Shown here piece by piece: positions 19,991 through 34,300 of a stretch of DNA of 64,000 nt. The stretch comes from the human T2T-CHM13v2.0 reference genome, Homo sapiens. Numbering within the stretch: the stretch's first letter is position 1; every line of letters begins with the position of its first letter. The stretch is taken from assembly GCF_009914755.1 (NCBI RefSeq), contig NC_060927.1, one strand, 5' to 3'. The notes under the pieces were generated by a model. It did not search any database. It was not told the origin of the DNA and was given only the letters and a program-made list of their open reading frames with translations. A program made the translations under genes and the position numbers.

Positions 19991-22645
19991 GAACTACTGT
20001 TGCAAAATTATGACTAAGACAGTGAAAAAATCTGACCTAACTGACTCCATCTTCTAACCTCCAATCTGTCTTTGTTCATTCCAGGGCATAGGTCAGACTT
20101 GCTTTTGGAGGAACTCAGTTTATAGTTCAGCCTTGAAACAAAGATGGTAACAGTCCTTTCCCAAAACAAACCTTACAGCCAGTAGACTAGACCACCTAAA
20201 GCCACAAGATTAGAAGTTATGGTAATCTTACTAAATTTAAGATGTAGCTATTTTTATTAAACCAATATTAATGTCTTATGCATTAAAAATTACATAAGCA
20301 AAGATTATTCTGTCTTGGGCTGGGTTTATGGTTTTGTAACACCTATGCCAAATATTGGCACCTTATAGTATTTGACAGGGATAAGTATGAAATTGCTTGA
20401 TAAATAAATGCAAACAAAAATGTATACTGGCAATTCTTAAGACATTTCTAATTTTACTTTACAAATAACTTTAAAGCTGGCTTATTTATTACAGATTTCA
20501 CTCAAGTTACATAAACTGGAAAAAGCATTTGACTAGTCTTCTCTTTTCCTGATAAAATATTTGATTCAAGCATTTTTATTTTCTTATGCCAATTAATTAG
20601 AGCTCTTTTATGTATTTTCAATAGTGAAACATTGTATACACAACCGTAAGTACATAGACATAGGCATGCCAACAGAACTACATCTTATAAAGACCCTTTT
20701 TTTCCCATCTTAGACTTTCAAATTCTTGATGACTTATTTCACAACCCTAGGCAGTTGTCAGCTAAATAGCCTTAAATTTGCATATTAAAGGAAACAACTC
20801 AGGTGAAAATCAAATAGCAAAATTTACATTATAAGGTAAGAGAGAAAAAGTCTGGTATGCTAGAGGGAAATTAAAATGGATTTAATTGCCAATTAAACAT
20901 AAAATGATAGAAATTATAAAGGCTATTTAAATACACACACACACACACCCAAGATCCTATAGCTTTTATTTCAGAACTTTAGCCATGAGATAAATACAAA
21001 TTCACCACCTTGCAAAAAGAACCTGTTGGATTCAAACAGTGGTTTTTATCTTAATAGAAAAATAACAGCAGATTTAAAGCAGGCAGAGAAGAAAGAAAAA
21101 GAGAACTTAAGAACTTTATAGTTTGCAGTTCGACCTTAAGGCTCTTTTTCCTTAATATAAATGTGTGCAAAGACCATTTTACTTCCATTTTACATAAACT
21201 CTAGCAAGTAGATGTGCCATAAAACCTGCAGAGTCCTTGAAAGGGTGTCATTCTCCTTATTCTTAGATTATTTGTTTTCCACATTTTTTTCTTAAAAGGA
21301 GGTACTGAGCTTTGGCCTAGTGTTTTTGTGTGGTGGATCAATGTGTTCTGCTTGTGGGCAGGACTCCATAGTGTGTCCACAGTGAGTCATTTCCACCATC
21401 TTATGTGTCTCATGTTCTCTCTTCAGAGGCCTATGACCTCTGAGACGGCTCAAACACTGGGTGATCAGACCTTATATGCATTTCCTGGACGAGACCTTTT
21501 TAAAAAACTAATTTTTGTTGGGGATTTCCCTGTGGGACCACTGCACATTGTGGTTGGTCAACCCCCAGAGACACTCCCACGAGACCCCAGTCACCTAGGG
21601 GTGCTTTTTGGCTGGAAGGAGCAAAATGACCTTTCTCTTCAGAGCTAAGAAAACTCAGTCTCTCATTTACCTATGAAAACAACAGTTCAGTTTCTCAAAC
21701 AAATCTGCACAGATGAGCCAAATCAAGATTAATTTTGGGAGAAAAAGCAATAGAGAAGACACCTTAGAATGCATCTCAGAACTACAATTAGGATCCTTAA
21801 ATAACTTTGTAGGAGAGAAAAAAAGAACAACAGCCAAGACCACTTGCTGTAAACTGTGTTCAGCCACCCCTACTTTGTAGCTCTCATCTGCCATTACACA
21901 CGCCATGGTCAAATCCTCTCACAGTACAAGGTAATCTCTGCTACCAACAAAGCCAAAGAGGTCAGGTTATGCAATACAGAAAAACAGAGCTTTAGACCTA
22001 AGAAGAATCTGCCCATGACTCTTGAAACTCCACAAAGAAAAAAGAACACCCCAAAAGGGATGAATGGTGCCTTCGTTCTGGATTCTTTAAAGGGGTTCAA
22101 GTCATTAGAAGCCTTCTCTAGATTTTGGGGTACTACAGATGGCAAAGGTGGAAGGAGGTATAGGATGGAAGAAAAGTAAACATTTTTTTAAAGACAGAAA
22201 ACACAAATGAAGCACATTTTTTTTTGTTCTGTTTTCCCCCTCTTTTGCTGCTTTTGAGGAATTTTAGCCAAATTAGAGAGGCTTTGTCACCCATAATTAT
22301 AGATATATAGTTGGTCAAATCTGATGGGAGAAAGACTGGAACAAACAACAACAACAACAACAAAAATCCCCAACAATATGATTCCTGAGTGCTCTAATGG
22401 TAAAGAGAAATTAACACCAGCTGGTGGTATACTTTAGCCAAGACAAAACCCCCATTCAGCTACTTACCTAAGCGTGGGTCTCAGGCTGAAGATGGCTTTC
22501 TACTACCCTAGAAGCAGGAAAAGAAAAACCTAGAACACATTTTCCCTGCTTGGAGCGAGCTCAAACTCCATAAAGGAGTTACCTACCTACCATCATCATG
22601 AAAACAGGAAATCTTGCTTTCCCTGTTGGAAGCAAGTAAAACGCC

Positions 22646-22676
<31 letters not shown>

Positions 22677-25600
22677 AGGAGTCATACAGCAAAATAAACT
22701 TTAGGTCTCGACCAAATTTTGGGAGATCAGGGATTCTCTGGAGGGGGTGCTTCCAGTCCTCAGCAAATTCTCCTATAGGTTTGAGCCATAAAGTTGGTTT
22801 ATGCTAGTACCAAGCACCAATAGGAGATTTGTCAAAGGCAGAGGTACCTCCACTGAGAATTTCTTTGTGATTGCCAAAATGTGAACCTCAAAAATCTGAG
22901 ACAGGTCTCAGTTAATTTAGACAGTTTATTTTGCCAAGGTTGGGGATGCATGCCCATGACACAGCCTCAGGAGGTTCTGATGACATGTGCCCAAGGTGGT
23001 AGGGGCACAGCTTGGTTTTATACATTTTAGGTAGACATGAGACATCAATCAAGATGTGTAAGATATACATTGGTTTAGTCCTGAAAGGTGGGACAACTCG
23101 AGGCAAAGTCAGGACAACTTGAGGCAGGAAGGGGCCTTCCAGGTCATAGGTAGATAAGAGGCAAATGGTTGCATTCTTCTGAGTTTCTGAATAGCCTCCC
23201 CAAATGCAGCAATCAGATATGCATTTATCTCAGTGAGCAGAGGGGTGACTTTGAATAAAATGGGAGGCAGTTTTGCCCTAAGCAGTTCCCAGTTTGATTT
23301 TTCACTTTAGCTTAGTGATTTTGGGGCCCCAAGATTCATTTTCCTTTCACAGGTGCATATATATTTAGGACAGTTAGGTCTTGCTGAATTATTATGTAAT
23401 GACCTTGTCCTTTTTTTTAATCCTTGTTTAAAGTCTGTTTTGTCTGAAATTAGGGTTGCAAACCCTGCTTTTTTTCTGTTTCCATTTGCTTGGTAGACTT
23501 TCCCCTAATTCTTTATTTTGAGCCTATGGGTGTCACTGTGTGTGAGATGGGTCTTGAAGAAAGCATACCATTGGGTCTTGCTTCTTTATCCAGCTTGTCA
23601 GTCTGTGCCTGTTAAATGGGGCATTTAGCTCATTTACATTTAAGGTTAGTATTGATATGTGTGGATTTGATCCTGTTATTGTGTTACTAGCTGGTTATTA
23701 TGCTGGCTTGTTTGTGTGGTTGCTTTATTGTGTCACTGGTTTGTGTGTTTAAGTGTGTTTTTGTATTAGCTGGTAACAGTCCTTCCTTTATATATTTAGT
23801 GCTCCTTTCAAGATCTCTTGTAAGGCTGGCTGGGTAGTAATGAACTCCCTCAGCATTTGCTTATATGAAAAGGATCTTTCTTCTTTGCTGAGGAAGCTTA
23901 GTTTGTCTGGATATGAAATTCTTGGTTGAAGATTTTTTTTTAAATAATGTTGAATATAGGCCCCCATTCTCCTCTGGCTTTTAGGGTTTCAGCTGAGAGG
24001 TCCACTGTTAGCCTGATGGAGTTCCCTTTGCAGATGACCTACCCTTTCTCTCTAGCTGCCTTTAACATTCTTTCTTTTTCACCTTGGAAAATATGATGAC
24101 TATGTGTCTTGGGGGTGATCTTCTTGTGTAAAAATCTTGCAGGGGTTTTCTTTATTTCCTGAATTTGACTGTTGGCCTCTCTAGCAAGGTTGGGAAGTTT
24201 TCATGGACGATATTCTGAAATACGTTTTCCAAGTTGTTGTTTTCTTTTTGTCCCTTTCAGGGATGCCAGTGATTTACAGATCTGTTCTCTTTAAATAATT
24301 CCATATTTCTCAGAGGTTTAGTTAATTCCGTTTTTTTATTTTTGTCTGACTGTCTTATTTCAGAGAGAGCCAGTCTTTGAGTTTTGAGATTCTTTCCTCA
24401 GCTTGGTCTATTCTGCCGTTAATACTTGTGATTGCATTGTGGAATTCTTGTAGTGTGTTTTTCAGCTCTATCAGATCAGTTAGGTTCTTTTTTCTACTGG
24501 TTATTTTATCTGTCAGCTCCTGTATCCTTTTGTTGTGATTCTTAGTTTCTTTGGATTTGGTTTGCCATTCTTCTGCATCTCAATCTTCATTCCTATCCAT
24601 ATTCTGAATTCTTTTTCTGTCATTTCCGTGAGCTTAGCCTAATTAAGAACCCTTGTTGAAGAACTTGGGTGGTTCTTTGGAGGACATAAGACACTCTGGC
24701 CATTGGAGTTGCTGGGGTTCTTGAATTGGTTCTTTCCCATCCCTGTATGTGGGTGTTCCTTTGAATGAAGTGTTGATTGAGTACACTCAATAAACTTCTA
24801 TTCTGGATGTTTTCACAGAGCTGAGGCATTGTATAGGATCTTTATTTGTAGCTGACTTTTTGTCTTTCGTTTCATAGTGTGGTATGTCAGTGAGGTATTT
24901 TGGTGTTGAAGCTTTGGGGTGTGATCCAGTAGGTTTAGGCTTCTGCTCAATCATATCCCTCCCCTATATTTCCTTATGGTTGCAGCCATGCTCCCTCTCA
25001 ATGCTCTGAAAGTGTGGGCTCCTCTCCCACTTGAGTGCTGGGTATAGATTGTGGCTTTGCACTCCCAGGCTGCCCACCACAGCTCTGGGGTGATCTCAGG
25101 TTTTATGTTTCTTCCCCAACCTGGAGGCGGCAGAGCAAGGGACCTTAGTAGTGGCCAAGGGTCTTTTGCTTGTCTCCTGGGTCCCCACACCAGAGAGATC
25201 CAGGTTAGCAATCAGCCTAGGATCAGGGATCTGTGCTGTGGGCCCAGGCTGGGGGTTCCCTGTCTGGTGATGAGCTGTAGGGGGATCCCATGGGAAATGG
25301 ACTGGCCTCCTCTCCTTGGGTGGACTGCAGCTTGTTGGAGATGTGAATAAGGCACTTTGGGTCTTTGTTCCTTCTTTAGTCCAAGGGTAGCAGGGGTAAT
25401 ACTGCAGAAGCAGTGGCAGAAAGGCTGTTGGTTGCCCCTGGCGGCTCCACCTCCAAGAAATGTGGAGTCACTGTTACTGAGAGTATTCAGCCAGTGGGGT
25501 GGTGCAGCTGCACTGCTGGCATGTGCTTAGGATTCTGCTTGTTGGAGAGCATGGGGTCAAAGACTCAATAGGAGGAGAGACTGGTCTCCTCTCTCTATGG

Positions 25601-25739
25601 TGACTGTGGTGTGCTGTAAGCTCAGGTGTAGCCCTGAGGCTCTTTGTTGCTTCCCCATACCAAGTGGCAGTGGCAGAGAGGCTGTTGGATGCCTCTGGGA
25701 ACATTTCCCAGGGAAATTCTGGACCATTACCTCGTAATG

Positions 25740-26250
<511 letters not shown>

Positions 26251-26318
26251 TAACCATGAAGAAAATACTTATAAAAGTTACACAGGAAGAAAAGAGAAGG
26301 AATAAAAACTTATCAATA

Positions 26319-26829
26319 TGTTGCAGGAATTAGAGGACCTGAGAGACTAAATAGGTGTTACAGGAGGACTTTTATTAAGGTGTACACCAGCTCAGTGGAT
26401 CCAGGTTTTTTCACATCCAAAAAACTGAGCCTGGAACAAAGACAGGGCTTGATTTTTATAAGCAAGCTTACAGAAGCAGAACAAAGACAGTTAATTAAAC
26501 AGTGACAGGTCTCATAATCTCTAGCATAGCTTGTGACTTTGCAGCTGCATCAAAGGAGAAACAGGAACTTAGAAAACTTGCAAAATATTTATGGAGAAGG
26601 GGTAAAGGGCTAAAAGAGGAATTTGTTTTTCTTATCCTTATGTTGGGGAGTGCTGGGAGAGTCTCCAGAGCACATTCCTTTTGGGTCTTGACTTCTTAGA
26701 TTGTGTTATCAGGACCTTGCCTGGGCCTGGGCTGTGTCTGTTACTGCTTTTTGGGATGAGACAGCCTAATACAGGAAAACTTGCTTTTCTCTTTTAATTT
26801 TATTTTCCTTTCTTTAATTTTCTGCATCA
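26319..26829 (-). mobile_element. ERV1 solo LTR (LTR15/LTR4-like)
   Basis: TG...CA termini, 511 bp, 4-bp TSD aata at 26315-26318 and 26830-26833; gctgggagagtctccagagcacatt motif. Subfamily is from recall only. Confidence 0.75.
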
Positions 26830-26960
26830 AATATAAAAAGACCAAAACACTGGGGAAGACAGCAAGAGAGAAACAGAGAGTCAAAGGAACTACAAGACAA
26901 ACAAAAAATAGTTAACAAAACGGCAATAGTAAATACTAGATTCAAGGACACACATAGGCT

Positions 26961-28392
26961 TGAGAGGTGACAACGTGCTAGCAGCCCTCACTCACTCTCA
27001 GCACCTCCTCGGCCTCGGCGTCCACTCTAGCCATGCTTGAGGAGCCATTCAGCCCGCAGCTTCACTGTGGGAGCCCCTCTCTGGGCTGGCTGAGGCCAGA
27101 GCCGGCTCCCTCTGCTTGTGGGGAGGTGTGGAGGGAGAGGCGCGGGCAGGAAGTGGGGCTGCACACGGCGCTCGTGGGCCAGCGCGAGTTCCAGGTGGGC
27201 ACGAGCTCGGCAGGCCCTGCACTCAGAGTGGCCGGCTAGCGCCACCAGCCCCAGGCAATGAGGGGCTTAGCACCTGGGCCAGCAGCCGCAGAGGGTGTGC
27301 CGGGTCCCCCAGCAGTGCCGGCCCGCCTGCACCACACTTGAATTCTCACCGGGCCCCAGCTGCCTCCCCGCAGAGCGCAGCTTGGGACCTGCAGCCTGCC
27401 ATATTTGAGCCTCCCCCAGCCCACTGCCCCCATGGGCTCCCACACGGCCCGAGCCTCCCCAACGGGCACCGCCCCCTGCTCTGCAGTGCCCAGTCCCATC
27501 AACTGCCCAAGGGCTGAGGAGTGCAGGCGCATGGCATGGGACTGGCAGGCAGCTCCACCCGCGGCCCCGGCACGGGATCCACTAGGCAAAGCCAGCTGGG
27601 CTCCTGAGTTGGGTGGGGACTTGGAGAACTTTTATGCCTAGCTAAAGGATTGTAAATGCACCAATCAGCACTTTGTGTCTAGCTCAAGGTTTGTAAATGC
27701 ACCAATCAGTGCTCTGTGTCTAGCTAATCTAGTGGGGACTTGGAGAACTTTTGTGTCTAGCTAAAGGATTGTAAATGTACCAATCAGCACTCTGTGTCTA
27801 GCTCAGGGATTGTAAATGCACCAATCAGCTCTCTGTCAAAACAGACCAATCAGCTCTCTGTAAAATGGCCCGATCAGCTCTCTGTAAAATGGGCCAATCA
27901 GCTCTCTGTAAAATGGACCAATCAGCAGGATGTGGGTGGGGTCAGATAAGGGAATAAAAGCAGGCTGCCCCAGCGAGCAGTGGCAACGTGTTCGGGTCCC
28001 CTTCAACGCTGTGGAAGCCTTGATCTTTTGCTCTTCACAATAAATCTTGCAGCTGCTCACTCTTTGGGTCCACGCCACCTTTATGAGCTGTAACACCGCA
28101 AAGGTCTGCAGCTTCACTCCTGAAGCCAGTGAGACCACGAACCCACTGGGAGGAATGAACAACTCCAGACGTGCCGCCTTAAGAGCTGTAACACTCGTGA
28201 AGGTCTGCAGCTTCACTCCTGAAGCCAGTGAGACCACGAACCCACCAGAAGGAAGAAACTCTGAACACGACCGAACATCAGCAGGAACAAACTCCGGACA
28301 CACCATCTTTAAGAACTGTAACACTCACCGTGAGGGTCCGCAGCTTCATTCTTGAAGTCAGTGAGACCAAGAACCCACCAATTCTGGACGCA
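26961..28392 (+). mobile_element. LTR12 (ERV9) solo LTR
   Basis: Starts tgagaggtgacaacgtgctagcagccctc, ends ccaattctggacgca; exact TSD ggct at 26957-26960 and 28393-28396. Confidence 0.95.
27600..27990 (+). promoter_or_regulatory. LTR12 U3 enhancer/promoter (CCAAT array, GATA, TATA-like box)
   Basis: Multiple ccaatcag boxes 27661-27925, agataag at ~27944 and the TATA-like aataaaa at 27953, as in the ERV9 LTR promoter. Confidence 0.7.
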
Positions 28393-29396
28393 GGCTGACA
28401 GTGAAGGGTTGAAAACAGATATCCCATGTAAATAGCCCTCAAAAGAAAGCAGTAGTGGCCATTCTTATATAGCACAAATTAGAATTTAAGTCAAAAACTG
28501 TCCCAGGAGACAAAGTCATTACATAATGATAAAAGGGTGAATTCAACAGGAAGATAACAGCAATTGTAAATACATATGTACCTACTATTAGACTACCTAA
28601 GTATATAGAACAAATATCAAAATATCTGAAAGGAGAAATGGACAGCAATAGTGTAATGGTAGAATAATTCAGTACCCCACTTTCAATAAAAAATAGAAAA
28701 TCCAGATAGAAAATCAATAACAAAATAGTGGACTTTAAATTGATGTAATAGCCATATACAGAATTTTTCAATTAACAAAAGAAAAATATGTAATCTTCTC
28801 AAGTGCACACAGAACATTCTCCAGGATAGATCACATCACATATTTCCAGGATAGGTCACAAAACAGGACTGAATACATTTAAGAAGATTGAAATCATATT
28901 TAGGAAGAATGGAATCAAATAATATGTCAAACACTTCCAGTGAATTTTTAATTTTCATTATTGTATCTTTATCTTCATTTCTGTTTGGTTCTTTGTTATA
29001 TTTTCTATTTGTTGATATTCTCATTGTTGGGAACAGGTGTTGGGTGCCACAAAGAAGAACTAGCACTTAGACTGAAAATTCCTCAGCAAGACAACTTTAC
29101 TTCTGCAGAAGGGTGCTACTTGCATCTGAAGCAATTGCAAGAGCACACCAAGGGGGCTAGGGCAGGGGTTTTTACCCCTAATGCAGCTCATGTTTCTGTG
29201 TCCTTTCCCCAGTAACTAGAGTTGGACCACACAATCTAAACCCGATTGGCTATTGTTTGAAATTGAATAGGGCCTATTAGGCAGGAAGGGAGAGGCTGTT
29301 CCTGTTACCAATTAGGTGGGAAGGGTTGTTTACAGAACCAGAAAGAACAACGAAGTTTGAAGAGGAACTTATTGTTTCTGGCAATATCCCCCCTCT

Positions 29397-31300
29397 TTAT
29401 AGTTTTTCCTCTTCAAATTTTTCAAACATAATTTGGCTCTGTTGTTCCTCTTGGTGATCTAGAAGTGGGAGTTTATCTGAATAGGGTGGGGAAGAATTGA
29501 GGGAGGTTTTAGTAAGAGCTGTTTCTGTAAGCCTTTGCACCAACCCATGAACAGAAGGTGTAATACAGCAACCTACAAGAATGAGTACACCTGTAACAAC
29601 TGCAAGAGAAGTAAATATTGAGGTCATGAGTCATTTCCATTTTCCAAACCATTTTTCCATAAGACCTGAAAAGGGGCCATTTATTCCGGGATTTTCAGCT
29701 AATTCACTTGTAAGGCCCTGTAATGCTTTTGTAATTGTTCCATTAGGGGCTGTGTTAATAGGGATAAAAGTGCAACACTGGACTCCAATCATGACACAGA
29801 CTCTGCCTTTTTCAGCCAATAACATGTCAAGGGCTATCCTGTTTCCCCAAGCCATTTGGCTGGTGGGGCCTAATTTCTCAGCTATTCCTTTAATGGCATC
29901 GCTTGTGTAATTGACAAACCGCTGTCGATTATAGTAAATGTAATTTATCCAGTCTACATGTTTGTTTGTAGTTGACCACCAGAATAATACAGATTCAAAT
30001 CCTGTGGTAATTTGATTTCAGGCTTTAAATTCACTGGGCACCCCTCGGGGAACTCCGATAGCATCTATATAAACATGAGGGTCAAAAGACCCATGGGGGA
30101 CACTTCTTTTTCTGTAGTTGTCCTTTTTGTTTGGTTGATGAAATTCCAGGGTGAAAGGGATGGCCAATTTGATTAGAGCACAAGTGCTGCTCCAGTTACT
30201 TGGCAGAGTACCCAATAGTGGTCCACCGCAATACCACCATACATCTGCTTAGGGATGAACAAGGGCAGACTGATTGGTTAGCTCTTGAAAAGGCTTAGGT
30301 GTGCTGCACCCTGTTAAGCTCCTAAGGAATGCCAAGTTTTCCCCATGCCATGAGAGACACGAGGTAAAATTGACATTTGTAGCTGGAGTCCGAATGGCCC
30401 TCAGGGGCAGACCTGCAGGGCTTTTAACTTCTGGGAATAGTAGGGAGAGGGTTAGACATGCCTTATTGCCCCAGGCTGTGGGGTTTTGGAAGAGGGCTAC
30501 CATACATACAGTCCATGCCCGGTTGGTCAGAGGAAAGGGGACAATTTGGGTTTCTGGCCTGCCTGTCGCACAAGCATAAAAATCGCTTTTGTGTAGTGTG
30601 TGGACAGAATATTTAATCCATTCCAGCCAGGCATTTGCATCTTGGTACCCTATTTCAATGGCTAAAGTTTGCTTTAAATTTTTGATTTCTATTACGATAC
30701 TTTGGTTTTGTCGTTGGGTATGAGGTGGGAAATGGTTTGAATTTGTGGGATCGAGGAGGGGGTGGGAGACGAAGGGGAAGGAACAAAGCATAATTTAAAG
30801 AAGCCTATAGGGTCCCTTCCAGCAACATCTGCCCCTTAGCCATAAAATCGCTCTACAGTGGGTGTGGGAATGGTGAAGGTAAGGGTATTAATAGAGATAA
30901 GTACTGGGTTGCAATGGTTAGATTGGCAATTAGAGGGGGTAGTCCCTTTGGTGAAGTGTAGGTGTGGCTTTAGGGCAGTGCAACCCTGTCAGGAGGTCCA
31001 ACCCTGATTTTTAGTAGTCCATAGAACGTCTGCCCACTGTGAACATAACTCCCAATTACCTGACTCTTCCTCTGAAGATTCCCACCACACACAAGACACA
31101 GTAGTAGTAGTGTTTTCCTTGGAGGGACAGGGGTATTTTTCTGCAGAGGCTAGCTGCCTTTGACTTTGAAGATCTCCACAAGGTAAGACTAGACAAGCAT
31201 CAAATGTAACTGTTTGGGGAAAGGGTGATTGAGTTACACTGATAATAAGATATCCTTGAGTAGCTAAGGAGAGAAGAAAAAGATAGATTAAACCCACTTG
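29397..31300 (-). pseudogene. env: Retroviral env remnant
   Basis: Furin site RKR/S, PHVYIDAIGVPRGVP, ISD-like NRIALDMLLAEKG, CX6CC (CVMIGVQCC) and TM segment LAVVTGVLILVGCC, spread over several broken ORFs (30989, 30249, 30018, 29631, 29397). Confidence 0.9.
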
Positions 31301-31329
31301 AATGTTGATTTTGAGGCTGTTGTTCCTGG

Positions 31330-34300
31330 AGTGACAGTCCATGATTCTGGAGAGGGCAATGCTTTTTTGACTCTGGTATAATGGGTCCACCACTTTTCAG
31401 CGGTCTGGACTGCCGTCTCAGTCATTAGGAGCACCAAATAAGGTCCTTCCCAGGTGGGTTCGAGCTTTCCCTATTTCCAGCTTTTGATAAGGACGTGATC
31501 TCTGGGTTGGTGTTGGTGAACTGGGAATTCAAGGGGTGGAGTTTGTGCTAGGAGGCCTTGAGTCCTGAGGGAGGAAAGGGTGGAAGACAGACAAAATATA
31601 TAGTTTTTAAGAAATTGATCTTTTGTTTCAAATGTAGGAAGGTCAGTTGTGGAATTTAGGTAAGGCAGCCCGTAGAGCATTTCATAAGAGGACAGGCCAA
31701 GGTCTTTTTGAGGGATAGTTCGGATTCTTAGTAAGGCAGTGGGAAGGCATTTTGTCCATAGTAACCAGGTTTCCAAGATTAATTTGGTGAGGTGGTTTTT
31801 TTTTTTTTTTCAGGGTCTGGTTCATTATTTCTACCCTTCCTGATGAAGGTGGATGCCAAGGGAGTATGATATTCCCACTTTATTTCTAGTGCTTGGGTTA
31901 GCCTTTTAATTATGAGTGTAGTAATGTGGGTCCTGTTGTCTGAATCAATATTCTCTATTATTCCAAACCTGGGTATGATATTTTCCAACAGAGCTTTAAC
32001 TACATTACTGGCTATTGCACTTGGGAAGGGGATGGCTTCTACCCAGTGGGTAAGATAGTCTACTATTACTAATAAATATTTGAGGTGACCTATTAGGAGC
32101 ATTTCAGTATAGTCCACTTGGATACTTTGGAATGGCCTTAGCCCTGGATTTCTTCCTCCAAAATGTTGCTTCTTTAAGGTTTGCTTATTAGTTTCTCTGC
32201 ACACTATGCAACTATCTGTAACTTGCTTAGCAGGGGTCTAGATCCCCATATACCCATAAACCCTAAGGACTGTGTCACACAGAGCGTGGGGACCCCAGTG
32301 GGTTCCTTGGTGAAGTTGTGACAGCATTTCCCTCATGAGAGGTTTATACAACATTTCCCTTCCATCTGGTAATACCCACTTTCCCTCTGGGCTTTCCTCA
32401 GCTCCTAATTTTTTTGGTTTTTCTTGGTCTGCAGGGGAAAAGATGGGGATTGCAGCTGGAGGGGGAAGACGGGAGGTTAGATGGAAAATGGGTGCCTTCT
32501 GGGAAGAAGCAGCTTGCTTAGCTATTTAATCTGCAAGGTTATTCCCCCGGCTTTCAAAAGATAGATTCCTTTGATGTCCTGGGACATGAACGACAGCTAT
32601 CTCTTCTGGCAGCTGTAGATTATCCAATACTTGTATTATTAACTCTTTGTGGACCAGGTTTTGGCCCTTACTGTTAATAACACCCCGTTCAGTCCAGATT
32701 TTTCTAAAGGTATTGACTACTCCAAAGGCATATTTGGAGTCAGTGTAGATAGTTCCTTCTTGGTTTTGTAGACATTTTAAAGCCTGATTTAGTACAAATA
32801 GCTCGCATGTTTGAGCAGACCAGTCATTTGGCAATCTTCCTGATTCTGTTTCTGCCAGAGTTTTCCCATCAACTACTGAGTACCCGTTATGCCTCTTTCC
32901 TTCAACTACCCAAGAAGGACCATTTATGAAAAGATGCCTCCCTGTTTGGAAAGGAGTTTCACCTAATTTTTGTTTGATAACTGATTGGTTCTAAACATTT
33001 GTGCTCCGGGTTCTCTGGGTTTGGATTCCCTGTTAGGAAGGCAGTGGGGTTAAGTGAATTGTCACTAAAGTTAAATCATCCTTTTCTAATAAGATAGCCT
33101 CATACTATAAAATTCTTGAGTCAGTAAGCCATCTTCCTACCTTTTGGTTAAGAATAGTTCTGACTTGGTTAGGAGTACTCACGATGAAGTTTCCTCCGAA
33201 GGTTATTTTTTCTGCTTTCCTCTGTTAGCAAGGCAGTTGGTGCTATGGATTGAACACATTCAGGCCATCCATTACTGGGTCAGTAACTTTTGACAGAAAG
33301 GCTATGGGCTGCTGGTGACCCCTGTGTTTTTGGGTGAGTACCCCTAAGGCTACTCATTTGTTTACATTGACAAAAATATGAAATGGCAGTTCTAGGGCGG
33401 CTAAAGCTAGAACCAGGACAGTTACTAATAAATGTGTTAATTTTTCTACTTGTATTTCTGATAAGGTCCATAGAAGGGAGTCTGGCTCTTCTTGGGTGAG
33501 TTTTTGGTATAAAGGTTTTGTCTCTAAGGCATATGAGTCAATCCATAGGTGACAGTATCCAACCAATCTCCCACATTTTCTAAGTTCTTGTTTCATTTCT
33601 GGTAGAGGTAGGGATATGATACCCTCAATCCATTCAAACCCTATTTTCTGTTTGCCTTTGCTTAAGTGCCCTAGGTACTTTACTTCAGGTTCTACAAATT
33701 GGAGTTTACTCTTTGAGACTGGTAACCCTTGTTCTCTTAGATGATTTAGGAAGCTGATTGAAAATGTTACTCAATCTTTGTTCTCTCCTGAAATAAGCAG
33801 GTCATCCATGTATTGGAGTAGGCATATGGATGAGGGCAGGGAAAAGTTTTTTATCACTTGCTGTAGAATTTGACCAAATAAGTTTGGTGATCCTGTAAAC
33901 CCTGGGGGTAAAACTGTCCGTCGGTATTGTTGTTTTTGACTGGAGTAGGGGTCTTCCCATTCAAAGGCAAACATGTCCCAGTTGTCCTCTGCTAACGGAC
34001 AAGCTCAAAGGCATCTTTTAAATCTGTTACTGTGAACCATTGGTGGTTATGTGGACTTCTACCAATAATAGTGTACGGATTAGGAACAATAGGGTGGGTG
34101 GTTTGAACTATTTGATTAATAGCCCAGAGGTCTTGCACTAACTGGTATGACCCATCTGGCTGCTATACAGGCAGTATTGGAGTGTTATAAGGGGACGTAC
34201 AGGGTTCAAGGAATTCGTCATGGAGAAGGCTTTCAATTATGGGTTTTAAACCTATCCTGGCTTTTAAGGGAATAGGGTATTGTTTTCTTTTTACTACTTC

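Larger units (their letters stand above)
14248..23351 (-). mobile_element. MER4-group ERV1 provirus (MER4A-like LTRs plus non-coding MER4-int)
   Basis: Two similar LTRs at 14248-14703 and 22880-23351 (both ending ttttcctttcaca on +); polypurine tract next to 14704; degenerate PBS TGGCAATCACAAAGAA (tRNA-Arg-like) next to 22880; host L1 continues on both sides with agtg/ggtg as probable 4-bp TSD; no long coding frames inside. Confidence 0.85.
10590..25733 (-). mobile_element. Near full-length older L1PA (L1PA15/16-like), split by the MER4 provirus
   Basis: 3' end at ~10600 (ggtacatgtgcaggtttgttatatagtaaact), ORF2 fragments 10781-14132, interruption at 14247 (...tgtgttgagtg), resumption at 23352 (ggtgcatatatatttagga), then ORF1 and 5'UTR to ~25730. 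Confidence 0.85.
26251..28910 (+). mobile_element. Old L1M fragment (inter-ORF region and endonuclease), host of two LTR insertions
   Basis: ttcaaggacacacataggct|gacagtgaagggttg joins across the LTR12; aaagcagtagtggccattcttata, cattacataatgataaaaggg and acattctccaggatagatcac are sense L1 EN motifs. Confidence 0.75.

Noticed and set aside
29397-31393. Co-opted (syncytin-like) env gene
   Set aside because: Split into at least five short ORFs by stops and frameshifts.
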